The position numbers were made by a program, and so were the translations under genes. Below are positions 1 through 9,046 of a DNA stretch of 64,000 nucleotides, in pieces. Position 1 is the first letter of the stretch. Each line of letters opens with the position of its first letter. Location of the stretch: contig CAZHTG010000005.1 of the NCBI GenBank assembly GCA_964535795.1, forward strand, positions 13,328 to 77,327. Direction: 5' to 3'. This stretch comes from an uncultured Rikenella sp. GTDB lineage: Bacteria > Bacteroidota > Bacteroidia > Bacteroidales > VadinHA17. The notes below the pieces were generated by a model that was given only the letters and a program-made list of their open reading frames with translations, searched no databases and was not told the origin of the DNA.

Positions 1-1
1 G

Positions 2-349
2 GCTTCCGACAGCAAACAGGCTGCACGCGACTTTGCCAAGGCAGCATACTCTCTCGATCCGACCAACGGCACTGCCCTCTACATCATCGCAGAATCCTAC
101 GCCGGCGCCAGAATTGGAGAGAACTTTGAAAATCAGACTGTTTACTGGGTGGTTGTTGACTACCTTGTCCGGGCAAGGAATACTGATCCCACACTTAAAG
201 ACCAGATAGACGAGAGAATAGCAATCTATTCGAGGATGTTCCCCACAAAGGAAGAGGCCTTTTTCAGGAGCCTGGTCGATGAGGGCGCATCCTACCAGGT
301 GGGTGGATGGGTCAATGAATCGACCACGGTGAGATTCAAAAAAGAGTAA
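2..349 (+). CDS. C-terminal fragment of a hypothetical protein, open at the window edge
   Basis: Frame 2 is open from nt 2 to the stop at 347-349. The ORF track shows only the last 66 aa because it starts at an internal GTG. I recognise no family motif. Confidence 0.5.
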   Translation, partial: ASDSKQAARDFAKAAYSLDPTNGTALYIIAESYAGARIGENFENQTVYWVVVDYLVRARNTDPTLKDQIDERIAIYSRMFPTKEEAFFRSLVDEGASYQVGGWVNESTTVRFKKE

Positions 350-354
350 TCGGA

Positions 355-933
355 GTGACTTCCGGCAAAATATATAATTTACTTAAAGCAGTCCTGGTTG
401 CCGGGGCTGTTTTGCTTTCATCATGTGAGAAGAGGGATTTGGTAGTGAAGGATCTCCAGATCAAGGATATGCCCTCGCTTTCGGCACGCGATCTGGAAAC
501 CATGTATACCGACTCCGGGAAGGTCACACTGATGGTGCGCACGCCGCTGATCCAGCAGTTCAGATCGAAGGAGGATCCGTACACCCTGTTCCCTGAGGGC
601 CTCAATGTTCTCTTCTATGAGATGAAGAGCGAGCCTCAGGCGAGCATTACCTCCCGTTATGCACGGTACACTGAGAAGGATGACGTGTGGGAGCTCCGTG
701 ACAGTGTGGTGGCAGTCAACTCCGAGGGCGATATCCTTGAGACCGAACTGCTCTACTGGAGCGAGCCCAGGGAGAGAATCTGGTCTGACAGATTTGTCAG
801 ATTTACTCATAATGATCAGATAATTATGGGCACCGGTTTTGAATCGGATACCCGCTTTACCAACTGGTCAATCAGAAACGTTACCGGAACCATATACATT
901 GAAGATGAACAAAAAGTCGCTCCTCCTGATTGA
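355..933 (+). CDS. LptC-like periplasmic lipoprotein (LPS export component)
   Basis: GTG start and a signal peptide ending in a lipobox (LLSSC). It is about 190 aa and beta-rich, and sits directly upstream of a DUF21-CBS hemolysin-family gene as in many Bacteroidota. The family call comes from overall pattern, not a strict motif. Confidence 0.55.
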   Translation: MTSGKIYNLLKAVLVAGAVLLSSCEKRDLVVKDLQIKDMPSLSARDLETMYTDSGKVTLMVRTPLIQQFRSKEDPYTLFPEGLNVLFYEMKSEPQASITSRYARYTEKDDVWELRDSVVAVNSEGDILETELLYWSEPRERIWSDRFVRFTHNDQIIMGTGFESDTRFTNWSIRNVTGTIYIEDEQKVAPPD

Positions 934-1087
934 AATTATCTGGGTCACCCTGGGTATTGTATGCCTGGGCATCGCAATACGTGAAATATCTGCAAACGGT
1001 ATCAAGAGCGGCCTCCTCTATCTTGTGATGGCGGCAGGGGCATTCGTTCTGGCCTGGATACGTGATTCACAGCGGAAAAAACTGTAA
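905..1087 (+). CDS. small two-TM membrane protein (hypothetical)
   Basis: An ATG at 905 opens MNKKSLLLIEIIWVTLGIVCLGIAI..., which has two hydrophobic helices. It overlaps the lptC-like 3' end by 29 nt. The ORF-track start at 839 would add a non-hydrophobic leader. Confidence 0.4.
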   Translation: MNKKSLLLIEIIWVTLGIVCLGIAIREISANGIKSGLLYLVMAAGAFVLAWIRDSQRKKL

Positions 1088-1096
1088 TTTTGGGTT

Positions 1097-2356
1097 ATGA
1101 ACCCTTTCATGCTCATCCCTTTCGCCATTCTTCTTGCCGCATTCTTTTCGGCGATGGAGCTCTCATTCATCGCCTCAAACAAGCTCCGCATAGAGCTTGA
1201 CCGCAAGCAGGGGCATTTCGGATCAGGGATCATATCCGTCTATACCGGAAATCCCGGCCTCTATATCTCCACAATGCTCATCGGGGTCAACGTCGCCACC
1301 GTAATCTTCAGTATGCTGACCGCTGACCTCCTTGAGAGCTGGCTTACAAATCACATTCCTTCAGAGGTCATCATTTTCATTATCCAGACTGTAATCACAA
1401 CATTGATCATACTGGTCTTTGCCGACTTCCTGCCAAAGTCGTTTGTCAGGATCAGTCCGAACTTCTTTCTCAGGATATTCGCCATTCCTGTTGCCTTCTT
1501 CTACTATCTCTTCTACCCTGTCAGCAAATTCACCCTGTGGCTGGCCAATGCCCTGATGCGGCTCTTCTTCGGCATAAGGATGGAACGAAATGAGCAGGAG
1601 AACAAGATTTTCACGCGCATAGACCTCGATCATTTCGTCAATGACATGGTGGAGACGCAGGAGGAGAAGGAGGAGGAGACCGGCAACCTGAGGATCTTCC
1701 TGAATGCCCTCGATTTCTCATCGGTGAAAGCAAGGGAGTGCATGGTGCCCAGGACAGAGCTCGTGGCACTTCCTATGGAGTCATCACCGGATGAACTGAG
1801 GCAACAGTTCATAGAGTCAGGCCATTCGAAGATTCTTCTCTACAGGGACAACATTGACAACATGGCCGGCTACTATGAGTTGAAGGATATATTGCACGGA
1901 CCTTCTGACATTGCCACCGGCATGAGGAAACTGCCTGTGGTCCCGGAGACAATGACTGCAAACAAGGTTCTAAGGTTGCTCTCCGATGCCAAAAAGAGCA
2001 TAGCGCTCGTTGTTGACGAGTTTGGAGGCACGGCAGGGGTGATAACCATTGAGGATGTCCTCGAGGAGATCGTTGGCGACATAGAGGACGAGCATGATAT
2101 AAGTGACCTGATTGAAAAGAAAATAAGCGATAAGGAATATATCCTCTCAGGCAGGCTTGACATTGACTATCTGAATGAGGAGTATGATCTCGGTCTGCCG
2201 GAAAGCGATGAATACACCACCCTTGCCGGACTCATCCTCTATGCACACGGTAACATCCCGCGCCAGCAGGAGACGATCCGCGTCGGCAGCAACCTCTTCA
2301 CGGTGCTGAGAAGCTCAACGACCAAGGTTGAGCTCCTGAAGCTCAAGATTGATTAA
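1097..2356 (+). CDS. hemolysin-family protein (DUF21 membrane domain, CBS pair, CorC_HlyC domain; GldE/CNNM-like)
   Basis: The N-terminal polytopic region is followed by a CBS-pair region (VKARECMVPRTE..., IALVVDEFGGTAGVITIEDVLEEIVGDIEDEHD) and the C-terminal transporter-associated domain. Confidence 0.85.
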   Translation: MNPFMLIPFAILLAAFFSAMELSFIASNKLRIELDRKQGHFGSGIISVYTGNPGLYISTMLIGVNVATVIFSMLTADLLESWLTNHIPSEVIIFIIQTVITTLIILVFADFLPKSFVRISPNFFLRIFAIPVAFFYYLFYPVSKFTLWLANALMRLFFGIRMERNEQENKIFTRIDLDHFVNDMVETQEEKEEETGNLRIFLNALDFSSVKARECMVPRTELVALPMESSPDELRQQFIESGHSKILLYRDNIDNMAGYYELKDILHGPSDIATGMRKLPVVPETMTANKVLRLLSDAKKSIALVVDEFGGTAGVITIEDVLEEIVGDIEDEHDISDLIEKKISDKEYILSGRLDIDYLNEEYDLGLPESDEYTTLAGLILYAHGNIPRQQETIRVGSNLFTVLRSSTTKVELLKLKID

Positions 2357-2425
2357 ACAGCATTGCTTCACACCGGCCTCAGTCGTGCCGCGAATCAACC
2401 ACTGCCACGGGTTCAGGCTGCAACT

Positions 2426-3805
2426 CTACTTCCGTGTTGCCTTCATCTCCGTGTAAAACTTATAATACAACGGTATTGCGGTCATGCCGGCGAAGAGATT
2501 CTCAAGAGGATAGTTTTCATTGGGGGAGTGAATGGCGTCAGATTCCAGGCCGAAGCCCATCAGTATTGATTTCACCCCGAGGATCTTCTCAAATGTAGAG
2601 ATGATTGGTATGCTGCCACCGCTGCGGACAGGTATAGGTTTTTTCCCAAAGACCTCTTCATAGGCTCTCTCGGCCGCCAGGTACTCAGGTGTGTCCAGCG
2701 GGCTCACATAAGCTTCACCTCCGTGAAGATATTCAGCTTTTATTTTCACTCCTGCCGGGGCAACTGATATGATGTGGCTGATAGCAAGCCCGGCAATCTT
2801 CTCTGCGCTCTGGAAGGGAACCAGTCTCATCGAGATCTTTGCAAAGGCTCTGGATGGGAGGATGGTCTTGGCTCCTTCACCGGTATAACCGCCCCAGATA
2901 CCGTTCACGTCAAGAGTCGGCCGGATGCCTGTACTCTCGAGTGTCGAGAATCCCTTCTCCTCTGCCAGGGCTTCAACGCCAATGGATTTCTTATATTTCT
3001 CCTGATCGAAAGGCCGTTCTGCCATCTTGGTCCTCTCCGCATCCGAGGGTACGGAAACCTCGTCGTAAAAGCCCGGTATGGTGATACGCCCGTCTCCGTC
3101 CTTCAATCCCGAGATGATGTCACACAGGACATTGCACGGGTTGACCACTGCTCCTCCGTAGATCCCGGAATGCAAATCACGATCGGGACCCTCTACCTCT
3201 ACCTGGATATACGACAGCCCCCGGAGTCCTGAAGTGACTGAAGGAATTTCAGAAGAGATCATTGTGGTGTCAGAGACAAGTATCACGTCTGAACGCAGCA
3301 TATCCCTGTACTCTGAGCAGAACCCTGCGATACTGGTCGAGCCGGCCTCTTCCTCTCCCTCGATCATGAACTTGACGTTGCATGGCAAGGTGCCGGTGGC
3401 GACCATCATCTCAAAGGCCTTGAGATGCATGAAGAGCTGTCCCTTGTCGTCATCTGCTCCCCTGGCATAGATCTTTCCGTCACGTATCTCCGGCTCAAAC
3501 GGCGGTGACACCCATTTGTCAAGCGGCTCGGCAGGCATCACGTCATAATGGCCATAGACGAGCACCGTAGGAAGAGACGGGTCAATGGTCTTCTCTCCGT
3601 AAACGATGGGGTTCCCCTCCGTGGGATAGACCTCAGCGCGGTCTGCCCCGTTGCTAGCCAGCAGGTCACGTATGTACGTTGCGGCCCTGACCATATCAGG
3701 CTTGCTGGCTTCAGAAGCACTTACGGAAGGTATTCTAATGAGTCCAAAAAGCTCCTCAAGGAATCTCTCCCTGTTGGTTTCGATGTAATTCTTAATTATT
3801 TCCAT
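2426..3805 (-). CDS. M20-family metallodipeptidase
   Basis: HYDVMPAEP, ARGADDDKGQ and IEGEEEAGS are metal-ligand motifs typical of M20 dipeptidases. Length is 459 aa. Confidence 0.85.
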   Translation of the reverse strand: MEIIKNYIETNRERFLEELFGLIRIPSVSASEASKPDMVRAATYIRDLLASNGADRAEVYPTEGNPIVYGEKTIDPSLPTVLVYGHYDVMPAEPLDKWVSPPFEPEIRDGKIYARGADDDKGQLFMHLKAFEMMVATGTLPCNVKFMIEGEEEAGSTSIAGFCSEYRDMLRSDVILVSDTTMISSEIPSVTSGLRGLSYIQVEVEGPDRDLHSGIYGGAVVNPCNVLCDIISGLKDGDGRITIPGFYDEVSVPSDAERTKMAERPFDQEKYKKSIGVEALAEEKGFSTLESTGIRPTLDVNGIWGGYTGEGAKTILPSRAFAKISMRLVPFQSAEKIAGLAISHIISVAPAGVKIKAEYLHGGEAYVSPLDTPEYLAAERAYEEVFGKKPIPVRSGGSIPIISTFEKILGVKSILMGFGLESDAIHSPNENYPLENLFAGMTAIPLYYKFYTEMKATRK

Positions 3806-3807
3806 GA

Positions 3808-4380
3808 TTATTTGTAATTAACATATTCACCAGCTGCCCACAGCAACTTTTCATACCACTCCTTCCCGAAAGCCCTTACCAGGGGTTCCCGAAGAAAAAT
3901 GCAAAGGTCAATATCCTTTTTCGTGCCGGCGGCCACTCCGGGTTTGCAGATAGGCCACTCCTCGTAATTGACTGCTCTGAAATCACTGTACTGCTTGACC
4001 CTTACAGGGAACAGATGACACGAAAGAGGTTTTCTGAAGTCAACTGCTCCCGCAAGCCAGGCAGTCTCGATGCCGCACCTGTAGACATCGCCATCCATGA
4101 CTGTGTAGGCGCACTCCTCATTGTTTATAAGCGGGGTCACCAGTTCTCCCTCGATATCCCTCATGCTGGTACCCTCTTTATTTATCGTACTGATGCCTTC
4201 AGATCGCAGATAGGGAATAAGCGCCGGCCATATGCGGTCAAGTGCTGCGGCCTCCTCAGCTGTCAGCGGGGCACCCGTATCGCCGTAGCGGCAACAGCTT
4301 CCCTTGCAGGCGCTGAGGTCGCATGAGAACTTCCTTTCGATCAGGGCAAGTGAAACTATGGTGTCATCTATCTGCAGCAT
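3808..4380 (-). CDS. DUF3109-family Cys-rich protein
   Basis: The N-terminal CDLSACKGSCCRYG cluster and further conserved Cys residues match the DUF3109 pattern. It lies 2 nt upstream of the dipeptidase gene. Confidence 0.6.
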   Translation of the reverse strand: MLQIDDTIVSLALIERKFSCDLSACKGSCCRYGDTGAPLTAEEAAALDRIWPALIPYLRSEGISTINKEGTSMRDIEGELVTPLINNEECAYTVMDGDVYRCGIETAWLAGAVDFRKPLSCHLFPVRVKQYSDFRAVNYEEWPICKPGVAAGTKKDIDLCIFLREPLVRAFGKEWYEKLLWAAGEYVNYK

Positions 4381-4386
4381 AGCATT

Positions 4387-5907
4387 TTAAACCAGTGATT
4401 TGCCGGTCATCTCCGGTGGCACCGGCAGACCCATGAGCATAAGTATCGTTGGCGCCACATCGGCAAGAATACCGTTCCTGACACTCTTATAATTGTCACT
4501 GATGAGATAGAGGGGTACAGGATTCAGCGAGTGAGCCGTATTGGCCGAGCCGTCGGGGTTGAGGGCGTAATCAGCATTGCCGTGGTCGGCAATAATCAAA
4601 ACCTCGTAGTCATTGGCACGCGCTGCCTTAACCACATCACCGGCGCATGCGTCAACCGTTCTCACCGCCTTCACTATTGCTTCATAGATTCCCGTATGGC
4701 CAACCATATCACCGTTGGCGAAATTGAGGCATATAAAATCATGCTTCTTCTTCCCCAGCTCTTCAATGATGGCATCTCTGACGCTGAATGCACTCATCTC
4801 AGGCTGAAGGTCATAAGTGGCGACCTTAGGCGAAGGGATGAGGATCCGCTCCTCCCCGGGAAACTCTTTCTCCCTTCCTCCCGAGAAGAAAAAAGTTACG
4901 TGTGCATACTTCTCCGTCTCGGCTATCCGGAGCTGTTTCTTGCCGAGTTCTCCAAGAATCTCTCCCAGTGTCCTGTCGACATTATCCTTTGGGAAGATGA
5001 TCTTAAGTCCCCGGAACTTGTCGTCATAGGGTGTCATGGTAAGGTAATGCAGAGGGATTGTCTTCATGCCCGTCTCCGGCATATCCTGCTGTGTCAGTAC
5101 TATGGTGAGCTCGCGAGCCCTGTCGTTCCTGAAATTGATGAACACCACCACATCACCTTCGGTAATGGTTGCCAAAGGATTCCCGTCGGCACCGGCGACC
5201 ACTATCGGCTTCATGAACTCGTCAGTAACCCCCTCGTCATATGACGACTGCATGGCCTGCAAAATATCGGTTGTCATGGCGCCTTTGCCGTGTACAAGCA
5301 TTTCATAGGCCTCCCTTATCCTCTCCCACCTCTTGTCACGATCCATGGCATAGTACCTGCCGATGAACGATGCCACCGTGCCGTTACTGTTCTTAAGATG
5401 GTTCAGAAGGCTTGCCATATATCCCTTGCCGCTCCTGGGGTCTGTGTCACGTCCGTCACCGAATCCGTGAATATAAACCTTCTTCAGCCCGTATTCCATT
5501 GTCATGTCGCACAACGCGTAGAGGTGAGTGTCGAGCGAATGGACACCTCCGTCAGAGAGGAGTCCCATGAAATGAACCTTCACGCCCTTGTCACGGGCAT
5601 AGGCAAACGCTTCCCTGAGAGTTTCATTTGAACGGATCTCACCTGTGCGACAGGCTTTGTTGATCTTTACAAGATCCTGGTATACAACCCGTCCGGCCCC
5701 TATATTGAGGTGACCGACCTCCGAGTTGCCCATCTGCCCTTCCGGCAGCCCTACGTCCTCACCTGAGGTAAGGAGAAATGAAGATGGATATCTCTTTTTC
5801 AGTGAATCAATATTGGGTGTACCTGTTGAGCTGATGACATCACTCTTTGTTCCGTCACCTATTCCCCAGCCGTCGAGAATCATCAGCAACACTCTTTTTT
5901 CTTTCAT
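4387..5907 (-). CDS. gpmI: 2,3-bisphosphoglycerate-independent phosphoglycerate mutase
   Basis: [20 protein letters not shown] and ADHGNAD motifs, 506 aa. Confidence 0.95.
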   Translation of the reverse strand: MKEKRVLLMILDGWGIGDGTKSDVISSTGTPNIDSLKKRYPSSFLLTSGEDVGLPEGQMGNSEVGHLNIGAGRVVYQDLVKINKACRTGEIRSNETLREAFAYARDKGVKVHFMGLLSDGGVHSLDTHLYALCDMTMEYGLKKVYIHGFGDGRDTDPRSGKGYMASLLNHLKNSNGTVASFIGRYYAMDRDKRWERIREAYEMLVHGKGAMTTDILQAMQSSYDEGVTDEFMKPIVVAGADGNPLATITEGDVVVFINFRNDRARELTIVLTQQDMPETGMKTIPLHYLTMTPYDDKFRGLKIIFPKDNVDRTLGEILGELGKKQLRIAETEKYAHVTFFFSGGREKEFPGEERILIPSPKVATYDLQPEMSAFSVRDAIIEELGKKKHDFICLNFANGDMVGHTGIYEAIVKAVRTVDACAGDVVKAARANDYEVLIIADHGNADYALNPDGSANTAHSLNPVPLYLISDNYKSVRNGILADVAPTILMLMGLPVPPEMTGKSLV

Positions 5908-5939
5908 TCAGTATCTGTATTAAGTAAATGAGCAGGATG

Positions 5940-5947
5940 CAAAAATA
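5940..5947 (-). promoter_or_regulatory. candidate Bacteroidota -7 promoter box (TAnnTTTG) for gpmI
   Basis: The minus strand reads TATTTTTG, 33 nt upstream of the gpmI ATG. Confidence 0.4.
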
Positions 5948-6011
5948 GCCATTTCCTCCGGAAGCAGAACCTCCCCGGGTGTATAACAAGGCAGGGACCG
6001 ATAAGTTTGCC

Positions 6012-9000
6012 TTACCTGGCTCCTCTTATTTCCCTGATCCTGATATTGTACTCTTTGTCAGGGCAGGTGGCCTCATAATCGATATCGGGTCCCACCCAGG
6101 CAGACCACTCCAGCTCCGAAAGATTTCTGGTAACCTTATCGCAAAGTCCCGAGGTCATGCATCTGACGTGCGCGGGGCGCTGAACCACATCCTGGCCAGT
6201 GGCAGCCAGGAAGGCATCGCCGTCCTCACAGAAGGCCAGGCAGATAATATCATTCCGGCTGTCTGCAAAAACTACAGGCGGCTGAGCCAGGTCCTTCAGT
6301 GACCAGAGTTTAATCTCTCCTGATTCATCGGAAGTAAGCATCTGTTCATCAGTACTGTCAAATGCTATCGATGTGACGGGGGATATATGTCCTTCGACCT
6401 TGCCCTCAAGGGTTCCTGCAGAGGTGTTCCAAATGTCTATCATACCAGAATTATCGCCTGTAGCCAGACGGTCTCCCCCGGGGATGAACCTGTGAGTGGT
6501 AATGGCCCTGCCATTTGTCTCAAGGAATGTCCTCTTCTCCGGTGACTTAGTTTGCCAGCAGAGCACTCTGCCGTCATTCGTAAGTGCCGCAACCATATTG
6601 TTTTTCCCGGATATTTCCAATGCGGTTATACCTGCAGCCTCATCGACTATCTTTATGCGTGTTCGTGTCGAAAGATTCCATTCATCTACTCCTCCCCCGG
6701 CGGCTGAAGAGTAGAGATGGTCTCCGGTGGCTGAGAACAGGACTGCGGATATTGCCCCGCAGGTGTCGCTGAGCTGATAACCGACGGAATCGTCAAAGAT
6801 GGGGATCATTATTATTTCTGATGTCTCTGTTCCGCAGGCGAGCCACTCAGCATCGGGGCTGACAGACATGGCACTGATCACCTTATCTCCTGACCATATG
6901 AGCTTATAGCCCTTTGCCGGGTCACTGCCCTGCCAGCGAAGGACCCTCCCCTTAGTGTCAGCTGTAAAGAAGTATTGTCCGGCTGATTCATCAGCCATTG
7001 CCGTGATACCTGCACCGTCAGGAATGAAGCGGGCATAAAACCTGTTTCCATATCTTTTACCAACCTCGTATAATGCTGAGAACACATCCGGGTCTTCTGT
7101 CATCCCCAGGTGCCTCTCATTGAAGAGATAAGCCTGCCAGGCCAGCAGGATCTGCAGGTCCTTTTGTCCGCCATGGTTGAGTGATCTCATTGCCAGCGAT
7201 CGGGCCAGCGACAGCATCCGATACCGGTTCTCTTCGGTTGCTTTTTGTAACGCAGCCTCTTTCCCGGAGGCTATTTCCCCCACTATGCTCTCGGCAGCCG
7301 TAGCCCTGACCTGTGCCTTTTCTGCAATGCCGTTCGCCGAGAGAGCGTTCATCCTCTCAATGCCTGCCTGTTCTGCTGCGCTTCGCAGGGTATCGGCAAG
7401 AAAATCGAGACTGTCACTCAGGCGCTCATTCAGGGCGACGGCCTCATCTTTCATCTGGACAGCAACTGATCTCTGTTTTTCAGCCCTGTTCCTTAGTGAG
7501 TATACCGTTCCGAAGGCCAGCAGTGAGGCCAGGGCCAGAAGTCCGAGAAGGCCTGCGATAAGCCGTGAGCGCTTTATGGTTTCCGTCCCTGTCTTCCTTT
7601 CATATTCCTCCCGGACCATGTATTCCTCCTCTGAGCTTTTCAGGAACAGCATAGCTCTTTCGAAGGCAGGGTCTGTCTTCAGGGCCCAGGCAAGGGTGGG
7701 ATTGTTCTCTTTCCTCCATCTCTGGGCTATTAGAAGATCAGGGGCTGTCCACAGCCTGCCATTGCCCTCCTGATATTGTTCGGCTGCAGCTGCGAGCTGC
7801 CTGTAGAGCTTTACTGATGAGGTCTCCTCATCCATCCAATTGCGCAACATCCCCCAGAGTCTTATTATGCTCTCATGGGTGAGGTCGAGTATGCTATCAC
7901 CGTTCAGCGGCACCTCCCTTGTCGGGGTGATGAATGAGTATTCAGGCGCCCTGAAGACATCTGCCACGGCAATGATCTCCTGTTGACTGCATCCTGTCTG
8001 GGCTGCTATCCCGGATATGCGTTCAGGCTTCCGCAGTTCCCTGCCGTCATCAGTCCTGGTGGTAATGGTCCGGAAGAGGCGGGCACAGACATAGCGGTGT
8101 CTCTCATCCAGAGATTCAAGGGCCTGCCCGGCATGCTGCGAGATTGCACCCTTCAGCCGGCCTACGGCTTCATAGTCTGCTATGCCTATCATCCGGCTCA
8201 GATCTCCCGTTCTGCTCCACTGGTTCCAGAGCCGCATCATGAGGTGCTGCAGCACAGGAAGCTGCCATGGTTTGTCTTCCAGGTCAGCCAGTATCAGTTT
8301 CACAAGTGACCGGTCTATAGATGCTCCTGCTATCTTCACCGGGTCTTCGATCACCGCTGTCAGAAGGTCATTTGAAATCTGAGGCAGCAGGTAACTGCCG
8401 CTGTTCATCAGGTTGGTCAGAGAATGAAAGCGCGCACACTCCGAAACATACTCTGATCGCAGGGTCAGAATAATGTGCAGGCCCTGGTCATGGCTATTTA
8501 ATGCATTTACTATCAGATCTATGAAGTCGGTAGCGTCATCACCCAGAGTGCCCCGGGAGGTTTCAGGACTGAATCTGAAAATCTCTTCAAACTGATCTAT
8601 CACTATTACTATCTGCTGTCTCAGGTTCTTTCTTATCCTGTTAACAACCTCCGTCAGCCCTTCAGTTCTGTTGTGCAGTGACGCCGCCACACTCGCCTCC
8701 GTCAGCTGGGTGAAGCCCGCACCGGCAGAGAGGACTGACAGCTCGCGTGCCAGATGGTCAACAGGGTTGCGGTCAGGTCTGAAGACCAGGTATGACCATG
8801 ACTTCCTTCCTTCGGCATTTTCTTTGAGAAGGGAGGGGATAACTCCTGAGAGCACCAGTGATGACTTACCGCTCCCGGAGGCACCTAAGACAGCAACAAA
8901 CCCATTCTCTTTCAGTCGGTTAGCAACTTTAAGAGTGCTCTCTGTCCGGCCAAAGAAAAGATGCGCCTCATCCGGCCGGAATGCCCTTAAACCCGGAAAC

Positions 9001-9035
9001 GGATTAGGCCGGATAATAATATTCTTGTCAGCCAT
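6012..9035 (-). CDS. nSTAND-type P-loop NTPase with an internal TM helix, a coiled coil and C-terminal WD40 repeats
   Basis: The N-terminus NPFPGLRAFRPDEAHLFFGR precedes Walker A GASGSGKS (nt 8862-8885) and Walker B IVIVIDQFEEIF, followed by helical/wHTH-like modules. One hydrophobic helix LIAGLLGLLALASLLAFGTVY is encoded at nt 7500-7562. An Ala/Glu-rich coiled coil follows, then WD40-like blades (GHISPVTSIAFD...GEIKLWSL; GDNSGMIDIWN). The tail LSELEWSAWVGPDIDYEATCP is typical of STAND-WD40 proteins. Confidence 0.8.
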   Translation of the reverse strand: MADKNIIIRPNPFPGLRAFRPDEAHLFFGRTESTLKVANRLKENGFVAVLGASGSGKSSLVLSGVIPSLLKENAEGRKSWSYLVFRPDRNPVDHLARELSVLSAGAGFTQLTEASVAASLHNRTEGLTEVVNRIRKNLRQQIVIVIDQFEEIFRFSPETSRGTLGDDATDFIDLIVNALNSHDQGLHIILTLRSEYVSECARFHSLTNLMNSGSYLLPQISNDLLTAVIEDPVKIAGASIDRSLVKLILADLEDKPWQLPVLQHLMMRLWNQWSRTGDLSRMIGIADYEAVGRLKGAISQHAGQALESLDERHRYVCARLFRTITTRTDDGRELRKPERISGIAAQTGCSQQEIIAVADVFRAPEYSFITPTREVPLNGDSILDLTHESIIRLWGMLRNWMDEETSSVKLYRQLAAAAEQYQEGNGRLWTAPDLLIAQRWRKENNPTLAWALKTDPAFERAMLFLKSSEEEYMVREEYERKTGTETIKRSRLIAGLLGLLALASLLAFGTVYSLRNRAEKQRSVAVQMKDEAVALNERLSDSLDFLADTLRSAAEQAGIERMNALSANGIAEKAQVRATAAESIVGEIASGKEAALQKATEENRYRMLSLARSLAMRSLNHGGQKDLQILLAWQAYLFNERHLGMTEDPDVFSALYEVGKRYGNRFYARFIPDGAGITAMADESAGQYFFTADTKGRVLRWQGSDPAKGYKLIWSGDKVISAMSVSPDAEWLACGTETSEIIMIPIFDDSVGYQLSDTCGAISAVLFSATGDHLYSSAAGGGVDEWNLSTRTRIKIVDEAAGITALEISGKNNMVAALTNDGRVLCWQTKSPEKRTFLETNGRAITTHRFIPGGDRLATGDNSGMIDIWNTSAGTLEGKVEGHISPVTSIAFDSTDEQMLTSDESGEIKLWSLKDLAQPPVVFADSRNDIICLAFCEDGDAFLAATGQDVVQRPAHVRCMTSGLCDKVTRNLSELEWSAWVGPDIDYEATCPDKEYNIRIREIRGAR

Positions 9036-9046
9036 AAAGAACAGTT

